Below, one piece after another: positions 31,702 to 40,062 of a stretch of 64,000 bases of DNA; the stretch's first letter is position 1; the number at the start of each line of letters is the position of its first letter. The notes under the pieces were generated by a model. It was not told the origin of the DNA, made no database searches, and saw only the letters and a list, made by a program, of their open reading frames with translations. The stretch is from an uncultured Candidatus Binatia bacterium (lineage in GTDB: Bacteria > Desulfobacterota > Binatia > UBA9968 > JAJDTQ01), in the NCBI GenBank assembly GCA_965242525.1, contig OZ251459.1, positions 3,712,001 through 3,776,000 of the forward strand. The letters are read 5' to 3'. The position numbers and the translations under genes were made by a program.

Positions 31702-32871
31702 TCAGGCGCGGTCCGCGAAGCACCGGGCCACCTCGTCGTAGAGGACCTTGAGGGGGACCCGCCTCGACTCGGCGACCTTCCGCAACTCGTCGTACTCCGG
31801 AGCGGCCCTCGCGCGCCCGTCGGGATCTTCGGCCACCTTTACAGTCAGGGTCCCGAAACGGGTCTCGAGCTTCAGGGGTTTCCGCGGCAGCACCATCCTG
31901 TCCACCATGTGGCAACGGACCCCGAGGGTCGAGGTCTCCCGGAGTACGACCTCCGCGAGGGCCTCCCGGAGGCGGGGCTCCGCCACCACGCGCAACAGGG
32001 TGCCGGGGCGGTTCTTCTTCATCTGCACCGGGGAGAGCGTCACGTCACGGGCCCCCGCCTCGAACAGACGGTCGAGCACGTAGTCGTAGATCTCCGGGTT
32101 CATGTCGTCGATGTGGGTCTCCATGACGAGCATCCGCTCATGGCCGAGGGCCGGCGCGCTCTCGCCCAGGACCACCCGCAGCACGTTGGGCCGGTCGGGA
32201 AACTCCATGGCGCCCGCGCCGTAGCCCGTCCTTTCGATGCGCATTTCGGGAAGTTCGCCCGGCTGCGCGACAAGGGCCGAAAGGATGGCCGCGCCGGTGG
32301 GGGTGACGTTCTCCCGGTCCAGGTCCGTCCCCTGGACCGGAAACCCCTTCAGCAACTCCAGCGTGGCCGGGGCGGGTGCCGGAAGCGCCCCGTGCCGGGA
32401 ACCGACGAGGCCCCGGCCCAAGGGGACCACGGAGCAGGCGAAGCGGTGGACGTCCAGGCGGCAGGCGCCGACGGCGGCAGCCACCACGTCCACGATGGAA
32501 TCGACCGCGCCCACTTCGTGGAAGTGGACGTCGTCCGGCGGGACCCCGTGGACCTTGCCCTCGGCCTCGGCCAGCCCGGAGAATATGGCGAGGCTCCGGG
32601 ACTTCACCTCCGCGGAGAGGCGGCTGCGCTCGATCAGCCGCCGGATGCCTGCCCAGCTTCGCTCCGGCTGGGCCTCTCCGGGCAGGACCTGGAACCGGGT
32701 CGCCCGGATCCCGTTGACCACCTTCTTGCCCACCCGGATGCGGAAGCCGACGCCCGGCAGCTTGTCCAGCTCTTCCTGGAGCACCCTGCGCGGAAGCCCC
32801 AGGTCCATCAGCGCGGCCACCGTCATGTCCCCGCTGATGCCCGAGACCAGATCGAAGTACGCGACCCTCAT
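31702..32871 (-). CDS. larC: Nickel pincer cofactor Ni-insertase LarC family
   Basis: GISGDM, VHFHEVGAVDSIVD, PAPAT, TPTGAA, MKKNRPG, ETSTLGVR and PEYDE motifs. Confidence 0.93.
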   Translation of the reverse strand: MRVAYFDLVSGISGDMTVAALMDLGLPRRVLQEELDKLPGVGFRIRVGKKVVNGIRATRFQVLPGEAQPERSWAGIRRLIERSRLSAEVKSRSLAIFSGLAEAEGKVHGVPPDDVHFHEVGAVDSIVDVVAAAVGACRLDVHRFACSVVPLGRGLVGSRHGALPAPAPATLELLKGFPVQGTDLDRENVTPTGAAILSALVAQPGELPEMRIERTGYGAGAMEFPDRPNVLRVVLGESAPALGHERMLVMETHIDDMNPEIYDYVLDRLFEAGARDVTLSPVQMKKNRPGTLLRVVAEPRLREALAEVVLRETSTLGVRCHMVDRMVLPRKPLKLETRFGTLTVKVAEDPDGRARAAPEYDELRKVAESRRVPLKVLYDEVARCFADRA

Positions 32872-32936
32872 GCGAAGTGATGCCTACGAACTCGCTCGGA
32901 CCGTGTCAAGGGTGCGGACGGTCCATCCATGTTCGG

Positions 32937-33079
32937 GGAACCTCCGAACAACCGAGACATCCGGGATGGATTCCCGATTCCTTCACCCTGACGCCCCTAT
33001 TTCCGTTCGTCCCGAGCGTAGCGAAGCGAAGTCGAAGGACGCTCTCATGCCCCCTCTGCCCCGATCGTTCGGATGTTCC
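32937..33079 (+). mobile_element. MITE-A copy
   Basis: ggaacctccgaac...gttcggatgttcc with the same internal sequence as 14542-14682. Confidence 0.85.
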
Positions 33080-33108
33080 TTTACTTGAAGGTCGAAGGCT
33101 GTTATCTT
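33080..33108 (+). promoter_or_regulatory. Putative tRNA promoter TTTACT-N17-TATCTT with extended -10 TG
   Basis: 17-bp spacing, about 20 nt upstream of tRNA-Ala. Confidence 0.5.
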
Positions 33109-33128
33109 GCAGACTCTGCCTGAACGGT

Positions 33129-33204
33129 GGGGCCGTAGCTCAGCTGGGAGAGCGCCAGGTTCGCAATCTGGAGGTCGTGGGTTCGACCCCCATCGGCTCC
33201 ACCA
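33129..33204 (+). tRNA. tRNA-Ala (CGC)
   Basis: GGGGCCGTAGCTCAGCTGGGAGAGCG, anticodon loop TTCGCAA, GTTCGA T-loop, G3:U70 and ACCA end. Confidence 0.97.
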
Positions 33205-33253
33205 ACTCCACCTTCCACATCCGGGGGCGCGTCCGTCCCGACCCCCGTCCTCC

Positions 33254-36200
33254 CTACTCCGTTTCGAAGCCTTGATCCTGGAACTTTAGTGTGCGCCCGT
33301 TCTCCGTGACCGTGCGAACGACGTGGTCCGGCGCGCCGTCGGGGAGTTCGGCTTCGATCTCCAAAGTCACCACTACCTTCGCTCCGACGAGGCCGGAGAG
33401 ATGCGCGACCACTTCCTCGGCGATGCGGCTCGCGTCCCGGCCCACACGGGCGGTGTCCAGGGTCACCGCGCCGTGGAAGCGACGGACCTTCTTTTCAGGA
33501 GTCGGCGGCGCCGGTTGCGCGTCCCGCACCGCGTCCACCCCGGCGCCGGCAGGGGCTTCGGCGGTCGAGGGCAAGGGCGGGGGCGTTTCCGCGTCCAGTT
33601 GCCGGCGGGCGGCTGACGGTTCGACCAGCAAGGCCGCGCTCTCCGGCGGTACGCCGGCGGCCTGTCCGCCCGCCCGCAGGCCGCGATAGCGCCCCGCGGC
33701 CTCGTCATGGCTGTCGGCGAACGCGAAGGCGTCGGTCTCCCAGGTCAGCAGCGCCAGGCCGCCCTCGACCGCCCGTGCGAGCACCTCAGGGCCGGCCAAG
33801 CGGGGCAGGTACGGATAACGGGCGAAGTCCTCCACGAGTTGCCGAACCGCCACGTGCTCGCCGCGCCACAGCGGCACTTCGTCCATGTGCCTGCGCAGGA
33901 CGGTGGCGCCGAGGGACGCAACCAGCAACTCGTCGTTGCGCAGCCGCTTGCCGGCGCGCTCCGCCAGCGCGCCCGCCCCCGTCAGGCGAATGGCCTGCCA
34001 GGACAGCGCCGATTGCGGCGTGGCCTGCTCCGGCGCCAGCAGCCACTGGTACGCCTCCGGCAGCCGCGCGACCACCGTGTCGTCGGCCGCCTGGAGCCGG
34101 GTCTCCGCCTGCCGGGTCTGGTGGGGGTCCAGGTTGAGGTCCTCCTTGTCCTTCAGGATCGAGGTCCAGGCCAGGTACTGGCGCAGGGCCTCGTCCAGGT
34201 CCTGGTAGCGCACCCGGTCCGCGGCCAGGAAGACCAGGGTGTTGCGGTACAGCCGGGGCGCGCTGCCGCGGGATTCCAGGATCGCCCCGGCCGCGGCCTC
34301 GGCCGCGTTGCCCGGCTCCCGGGAAAAGAGGTGCTCCGCGGACAGCACCACCAGCCGCGCATCCAGTTCGTCGGGCACGTCCGCGCCGGAGCGGGGCAGG
34401 GCGTGGATGCGGTCGAAGTCTCCGCGGGCGCGCAGGTCCGCCTTCAGCCGATCCTCCAACTCCTTCGCCGCCGGGTCCGGATTGCGCCGCAACTCCTCGG
34501 CCCGGTCCTCGGCGAGCTTGGTCACCGTGGGCTGCGTGGCGTACCACACCCGCGCGCCGTCCTGGTAGAGGTAGGTGGCGGCCGCGGCCAGACGGCGCAG
34601 CGCGTCGCCGAAGAGCGCCGGGGTCTCCCCCGGCATGACGCAGCCGAGCTTGACCCGTCCGTCGTCGATGCCGCGGTGGGCCGCCGCGGTGGTGGGGGCG
34701 GATCCGAGATAGACGGTGCGCGCCACCCGCCGCGCCGCGGAGAGCTTGCCGAGGCTCGGGGTTTCGGCATCGATCCTGAGGGGCAGCGAGTTCGGGCCGT
34801 CCACGTCCTTCTCGATCACCGGCGTCCAGTGCTCCGGGAGGTAGCGCGTGAGCTCGTTCTGCACCCGCGGGTCTTCGATGGGGATGGTGGAGGGCAGGAT
34901 GAGGGAGTTGCGGTCGCCGCTCTCCCACAGGCTGTGGACCACCGCGGCCATCAGGCGCAGCACGCCGCGGGTGCGCTGGAACCGGGCCAGCGCGGACCAG
35001 TCCGTGTAGAGGCGGTCGAAGATCTCGGGATGGATGGGGAAGGCGGCCCGGATGCGCCGCTCGTAGTCCGCGGAACGGCATTCGGAAGGGAACTCCACGC
35101 GCTGCGCACGGTAGGCGTCCGCGAACGCCCGGGCGGTCACGTCGCGCTGCTTGAACGCTTCCGGCCCTTCGAGAGGCTCGAACAGACGCCGCCGCACGAT
35201 CTCGAAGCCTTCCTCCGCGCTCGCGGCCCGCCAGGGGGATTCCACCCGCGCCACCACGTTGCGAAGCCGGTCCAGGGCTTCGCGCCCGCGGAGGCCGCCC
35301 ACCTCCGCGTCGTCCGCCTCGGCATGGGGCGAGCCGGCGCCCGACGGCGACGCATCGGAGGACGGCAGCGAGACCACCAGCAGGCAGTCCTTCGTCACCT
35401 TCACCGCCTCGGTGAGCGCCTGGGCAAAGGTGAACTGGGTCTCGAAACTGCCCGCGGGCAGGTCGCTGCCGTCGTGGAGCTGGCGCGCATAGGAGACCCA
35501 CTCGTCGATGAGCACCAGGCACGGCCCGTGGCTTTCGAGCAACTCCCGCAGCACGTCGCCGGGGTTGGTGGCGCGCTCGTCGTCGGCCCGCACCCGCTCG
35601 AAGGCCTCGGCGCCGCCGAGCTGGTGCGCGAGTTCGCCCCACAGCGTGCGCACCACCGTGCCGTCCGGCTTGGTGACCGGGTTGCCGGGCGAGATCTTGT
35701 TGCCCACCAGCACCACGCGGCGCACCGCCGCCACCGCATCGGCATCGGCCGCGGCCAACACTTCGTCGGCGCCCGTCAACTCCCGGGGCGCGACGCCCGA
35801 GAACAGGTGGTACAGGGCCAGCATGGAGTGGGTCTTGCCGCCGCCGAAGTTGGTCTGGAGTTGCACCACCGGGTCGCCGTCCCGTCCGGCTAGGCGCCGC
35901 ACCGCGGTGGCAAGCAGCCCCTTCAGGCTCTCGGTCAGGAACGTGCGCCGGAAGAACTCGTGGGGGTCCCGGTACTCGTCCGCGCCCTCGCCCAGGTGCA
36001 CCTGCCACAGGTCCGCGGCGAACTCCGCCTGCTGGTAGCGCCCGCTCGCCACGTCCGGGTGCGGCGTCGCCACCTCGCGCCAGGGTTTGAGCGCCCCGCT
36101 CCCCGCCGCCTCCACCAGCGCGCCGGCCGCCTTGCGCTTCTCGCCGCGCACCTGCTCGTCGAACATCAGCCGGCGAAGCTCCCTCTTGATCTTTGCGACC

Positions 36201-36589
36201 TCGCCGGCCTGCGGCGCCGACACCGCGGCGAGCAGCCGCTCCGCCGAATCCATCGCCCGGTCCGCATCGTCGCCCGAGAAGCGTTCCTGGTGCGCCCACT
36301 TGTTGCGCCACTCGCGCAACTCCGACACCAGACTCCGTTCGCTGAAGCCCAGGGTGTGCCGAAACACGTCGTTCCAGGTCTCCCACATCAGCCGGAGCAG
36401 CCCGGAGACGTCCCACTCCTCCATCGGCCTGTCCGCCAACATCGGGTCCTCGACGAAGCGCCGGATGGCGTCCATGCGCACGGCCTGGACCTTGACCCGC
36501 TCTGTGACCTCACGGGCAACGAAGGGCGCAAGCCCGGCGCGGAGCAGTTCCATCGCCTTGCCGACGCGGTCGTGGTTGGTGGTGGCCAT
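33254..36589 (-). CDS. Swt1-like HEPN plus DUF499 AAA+ ATPase
   Basis: N-terminal RNKWAH (Rx4H), FAADL, QTNFGGGKTH, VLIDE and FQRTRGVLRLMA motifs. Confidence 0.88.
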   Translation of the reverse strand: MATTNHDRVGKAMELLRAGLAPFVAREVTERVKVQAVRMDAIRRFVEDPMLADRPMEEWDVSGLLRLMWETWNDVFRHTLGFSERSLVSELREWRNKWAHQERFSGDDADRAMDSAERLLAAVSAPQAGEVAKIKRELRRLMFDEQVRGEKRKAAGALVEAAGSGALKPWREVATPHPDVASGRYQQAEFAADLWQVHLGEGADEYRDPHEFFRRTFLTESLKGLLATAVRRLAGRDGDPVVQLQTNFGGGKTHSMLALYHLFSGVAPRELTGADEVLAAADADAVAAVRRVVLVGNKISPGNPVTKPDGTVVRTLWGELAHQLGGAEAFERVRADDERATNPGDVLRELLESHGPCLVLIDEWVSYARQLHDGSDLPAGSFETQFTFAQALTEAVKVTKDCLLVVSLPSSDASPSGAGSPHAEADDAEVGGLRGREALDRLRNVVARVESPWRAASAEEGFEIVRRRLFEPLEGPEAFKQRDVTARAFADAYRAQRVEFPSECRSADYERRIRAAFPIHPEIFDRLYTDWSALARFQRTRGVLRLMAAVVHSLWESGDRNSLILPSTIPIEDPRVQNELTRYLPEHWTPVIEKDVDGPNSLPLRIDAETPSLGKLSAARRVARTVYLGSAPTTAAAHRGIDDGRVKLGCVMPGETPALFGDALRRLAAAATYLYQDGARVWYATQPTVTKLAEDRAEELRRNPDPAAKELEDRLKADLRARGDFDRIHALPRSGADVPDELDARLVVLSAEHLFSREPGNAAEAAAGAILESRGSAPRLYRNTLVFLAADRVRYQDLDEALRQYLAWTSILKDKEDLNLDPHQTRQAETRLQAADDTVVARLPEAYQWLLAPEQATPQSALSWQAIRLTGAGALAERAGKRLRNDELLVASLGATVLRRHMDEVPLWRGEHVAVRQLVEDFARYPYLPRLAGPEVLARAVEGGLALLTWETDAFAFADSHDEAAGRYRGLRAGGQAAGVPPESAALLVEPSAARRQLDAETPPPLPSTAEAPAGAGVDAVRDAQPAPPTPEKKVRRFHGAVTLDTARVGRDASRIAEEVVAHLSGLVGAKVVVTLEIEAELPDGAPDHVVRTVTENGRTLKFQDQGFETE

Positions 36590-36612
36590 GGGGTCCTCCG
36601 TTTATCCTGCTT

Positions 36613-37185
36613 CTATCCGGCATCGGGCGGCATCGCCGCTTGCAGGCGTTCGACTCCTTCCAGGAAAACCTGGAAGCTGCGCGAACGGTTCTCCCGCGAC
36701 AGATGGCTCGCCATGCGCCTTGCCCCCAGACGCTTCTGGAACTCGGGTATCTGCTTGGCGATAGCCTTGGAGGGATGGACGACGGTATCCGGATTCCGGT
36801 ATTGCGCTCGGTTCAGTTCGCGGAGCGGGCGTCTTCGAGATTCCGGGAACGCCCGCACGAGCGCTTCCGGGTCACCGACGTACCAGGCTTCGAGCTCCCG
36901 GCAGACCACCCGAACGAGCGCATCGGGATGCCCGGCACTCCGGCACAGGTCGGCCAGCCTCGCCTTGAGTTGCCGACAGTCCGCGCTGTCCTGATCCCGC
37001 GCCACGACGAAACCCACGCCAGGCTCCCGCCAAGCCCGCAGCTTCCGCGGGATGCTCCTCTCCAAATCCTGCTTTCCGTCGTGGGGGACGCACTGGAACC
37101 GAAGTGCGGGAAAGAGCCTCGGCAGGAGACCGTCCAGCAAATCCGCCATCGACGGTTCCTCCACCAGAAAGACGATCTTCGTCAT
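36613..37185 (-). CDS. DUF4276 family (TOPRIM-like) protein
   Basis: FLVEEPS, DQD, ELEAWY and NRSRSF motifs; 4-nt overlap with the upstream ATPase. Confidence 0.8.
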   Translation of the reverse strand: MTKIVFLVEEPSMADLLDGLLPRLFPALRFQCVPHDGKQDLERSIPRKLRAWREPGVGFVVARDQDSADCRQLKARLADLCRSAGHPDALVRVVCRELEAWYVGDPEALVRAFPESRRRPLRELNRAQYRNPDTVVHPSKAIAKQIPEFQKRLGARRMASHLSRENRSRSFQVFLEGVERLQAAMPPDAG

Positions 37186-38357
37186 TGCGGATCCGCGCCT
37201 TCGAACAGCCGCTGTCGCCAAAGCGCGCCGGGGAGGTCTCCTTCTTCGACCAGACCGCGCAGGAGTTGGCTGTCGCTTCCGCGCCGAACCACGGAGAACC
37301 CGTTCACCTTTTGCAGCCAGTAGATCTCGTCGAGTTTCGCGCCGCTCAGGAAATCGGGCGAGTGGGTCGAAACGAATGCCTGCCCGCCCCGGCGTGCGTA
37401 GTCCCTGAATTCTTCGATCAACTCGCCGAGCAGCGAAGGATAGAGCTGGTTCTCCGGCTCTTCTATGGCGAGGAGCGGATGTGGCTTCGGGTCGTGGAGC
37501 AACACCAGATAGGCGAACATCTTGATCGTGCCGTCCGAGACGTAGCGGGCGATGAACGGGTCCTTGAAGCTGCCGTCCCGGAACCGCAGCACCAAGCGGC
37601 CGTCCTCCGTAGGCTTCGCCTCTACAGCCTTCACCCCAGGGACGCGCGCGCGCATGGCTTCGAGCACACGCTTGAACTGCTTGGGGTGATGCTCGTACAG
37701 GTATTGGGCAACCTGCGCCACGTTGTCCCCTCGGCTAGAAAGATGTTCGGCATAACCGGCCTCAGCGCTTGGCCTCGCATCGGCGATATGAAAGTTCGAA
37801 ATGTGCCAGTTCTCGATCAGGCTTCGGAATTCCGAGACGACACGAAACTCTCGGAACTGGCCAAGGCCCTTGATCGCCAGGATGCTGGGATCGTCCAGCT
37901 CGTATTCTTCCCGCTCTTCGTCCGCGCCCGTCCCGTAAACAGACTCGTTCGTGATTGCTGTACCCTTGCCATTCGAGAAATCGACGAAGTGCCACGGGCG
38001 ACCGGACCCCTGACCTCTCCGATAGCGTAGCACCTCACGACCAACCACCACTCGGCTACCGTCAGCCGCTATTTCGAGTATGTACGTGGCCAGACGGCCA
38101 CCGCTCTCTCGAAACTTCACCGTAATCGCGATTGGACCTCGTTTCCCACGACTGACCAGTTCCCGGAACCCGCCGCGCCGAGCGACCGCGGAAGCGGCGT
38201 TGCCGGCGAGGGCATCCTTCAGGAACGTGAACACGTCGAACAGCGTCGATTTACCCGTTCCGTTTGCGCCGATGACTACAGCCATGGGAGGCAGCATCGT
38301 CAGTCCGACGTGACGGAACACGCGGTAATTCTTGATCTCTATCTGTTCGATCTGCAT
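37182..38357 (-). CDS. ABC-type ATPase (AAA_21)
   Basis: IGANGTGKS, VSDGT signature, AIEEPENQLYP and STHS. Confidence 0.88.
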   Translation of the reverse strand: MQIEQIEIKNYRVFRHVGLTMLPPMAVVIGANGTGKSTLFDVFTFLKDALAGNAASAVARRGGFRELVSRGKRGPIAITVKFRESGGRLATYILEIAADGSRVVVGREVLRYRRGQGSGRPWHFVDFSNGKGTAITNESVYGTGADEEREEYELDDPSILAIKGLGQFREFRVVSEFRSLIENWHISNFHIADARPSAEAGYAEHLSSRGDNVAQVAQYLYEHHPKQFKRVLEAMRARVPGVKAVEAKPTEDGRLVLRFRDGSFKDPFIARYVSDGTIKMFAYLVLLHDPKPHPLLAIEEPENQLYPSLLGELIEEFRDYARRGGQAFVSTHSPDFLSGAKLDEIYWLQKVNGFSVVRRGSDSQLLRGLVEEGDLPGALWRQRLFEGADPQ

Positions 38358-38458
38358 TGAAGCCCGTCCTTACGAGATTCGTTGAACAAGACAGCGGCCA
38401 AGCTCGTAGCTCGGCGTCCAGGGAGGGATCGTCCCAACCGGGTGGTTGGTGGTGGCCA

Positions 38459-40024
38459 TTATTGCAGTTCCCTCCAGAGGCCGATTCGCTCCTCCAGCCC
38501 TCGGACCAGGTCGCCAACCTGGTATCCCATGGTCTCCGCCTCTTGCCGGCCAACGATCCTGGCCAAGTCCGCGACGCTCCTGTTCAGGCGACGGGCAAGT
38601 TCGCTCACCATCCGTTTTGCAGGCGCTCCCTTCTCCAAACTACGCGCCATCAACTGCTCGATAGCCCGCATCTGCTCTTCGATGTCGCCGGCGGACATAC
38701 CCAAGGAGGTTTCGTAGGCGTCAGGCCGGCGTTCCAGCACCTCCCAGACCCACTGCTCGGGTGGCCCATCGCTTGGCAGAAACAGCGGGCGGAAACCGTG
38801 ACCGTAGCGTTCGGCTATGCTTCTCAATTCCTCCTCCCGGTCCCTCGAATCGCCATCCAACACGAAAATGAAGCTCGAGAGGCCACGGAACTTGCCGAGC
38901 GCCCGGATGTGCGCCGGAAACTCGTCCCTGCCCGTGTTCCGGCCAATCAGGAAGTCGTCCGGGCGTAGTTGCAGCCGCGGCTGCAGGACATCGAGCACGC
39001 CAAGGAGGACTCCCTCCGCCACTTCGTCCTCGCAAAGGATGGAGAGTTGCTCGCGGGATTGACCGTACAGGGCCTTCTGGAAGATGTCCCGATGCGGTGG
39101 CAGCATCTGGACATCCAACGTCCGTTCGTCTCGATCCAGGAACAGCCTGCCTTCCGGAGGCACACTGTCGAGCACCACCGGACTGTGCGACGCCACGATG
39201 ATCTGCAATCTCTGGCGCAAGGCCAACCGCTGAAGCTCCAGCATGAGCTGCTGTTGCGTATAGGGGTGCAGGCCGGTCTCTATCTCGTCGATCAACACGA
39301 GCGCGTCTTCAAGGCCGGAGACGTCCCTGGAAATGCGCAATACCGTGCGTTCGCCGGAAGACATGTGGAACTCCGAATAGCGGGCATCCTCGTTGTCCTT
39401 TGCCTCCGCAAACAGAATGTCCCGCCCTTCGGCGCTGATGACGGACACTTGCCGGTAGCGCTGGGGCAAGATACTGTCGGAGAGCCGGAGCAGGTCCGGC
39501 GTTATGGTCGATGAAAGGTAGTTCTTGCGCATGAGCTGAAGCACGCCTCGCGTATCCGCAGGATTCGTGAGGTTGGGCAGCGTCCGCAGATAGACCTGTC
39601 GCGTGGGCTGCTTCGCCCCCCTGCGTCCCATGAAGCCCCGACTCCACGTTTTGCGCCGCCGCCACGTCATGGAAGTCCGCTCGCCGCCATCCACGTAGAA
39701 GTAGGCGAACTCAGCCTCCTCGATGCGATCCGACAGGGCGCCTCGCAGCCGATCGGTGAAGGCCGGAAACAGGCTGGCCGGCCGGAGCGCCGAGGACGCG
39801 ACGCCAAGCGGCTGGTACGCGCATGCGCAGGCGAGCAGCACCGTGGTCTTGCCGCAGCCATTGCCTCCCGCCAAAACCGATACGGGATAACGCAAAACCA
39901 CCCGCAGATCCTTGACGCCGCGGAAGTTCCTGACCCGAACCTCTTCCAGGCTGAAGTCACGTTGCGGATTCGTTGCCCGCAACACATTCCAAACGGTAGC
40001 CAGCTCTGCGCCAATCAACGACAT
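38459..40024 (-). CDS. ABC ATPase fused to TOPRIM (OLD-like ATP-dependent nuclease)
   Basis: GGNGCGKT, MSSGE, LIDEIETGLHP and ASHS, then LCED and LDGD TOPRIM acidic motifs. Confidence 0.8.
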   Translation of the reverse strand: MSLIGAELATVWNVLRATNPQRDFSLEEVRVRNFRGVKDLRVVLRYPVSVLAGGNGCGKTTVLLACACAYQPLGVASSALRPASLFPAFTDRLRGALSDRIEEAEFAYFYVDGGERTSMTWRRRKTWSRGFMGRRGAKQPTRQVYLRTLPNLTNPADTRGVLQLMRKNYLSSTITPDLLRLSDSILPQRYRQVSVISAEGRDILFAEAKDNEDARYSEFHMSSGERTVLRISRDVSGLEDALVLIDEIETGLHPYTQQQLMLELQRLALRQRLQIIVASHSPVVLDSVPPEGRLFLDRDERTLDVQMLPPHRDIFQKALYGQSREQLSILCEDEVAEGVLLGVLDVLQPRLQLRPDDFLIGRNTGRDEFPAHIRALGKFRGLSSFIFVLDGDSRDREEELRSIAERYGHGFRPLFLPSDGPPEQWVWEVLERRPDAYETSLGMSAGDIEEQMRAIEQLMARSLEKGAPAKRMVSELARRLNRSVADLARIVGRQEAETMGYQVGDLVRGLEERIGLWRELQ

Positions 40025-40062
40025 GTCGGTTCCCAAAGGCACACTTCGGTGGTTGTTGGTCC

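Noticed and set aside
31702-32871. larC as part of a novel biotin-linked pathway
   Set aside because: It is convergent with bioD, and stand-alone larC genes are common; no larA/B/E in the window
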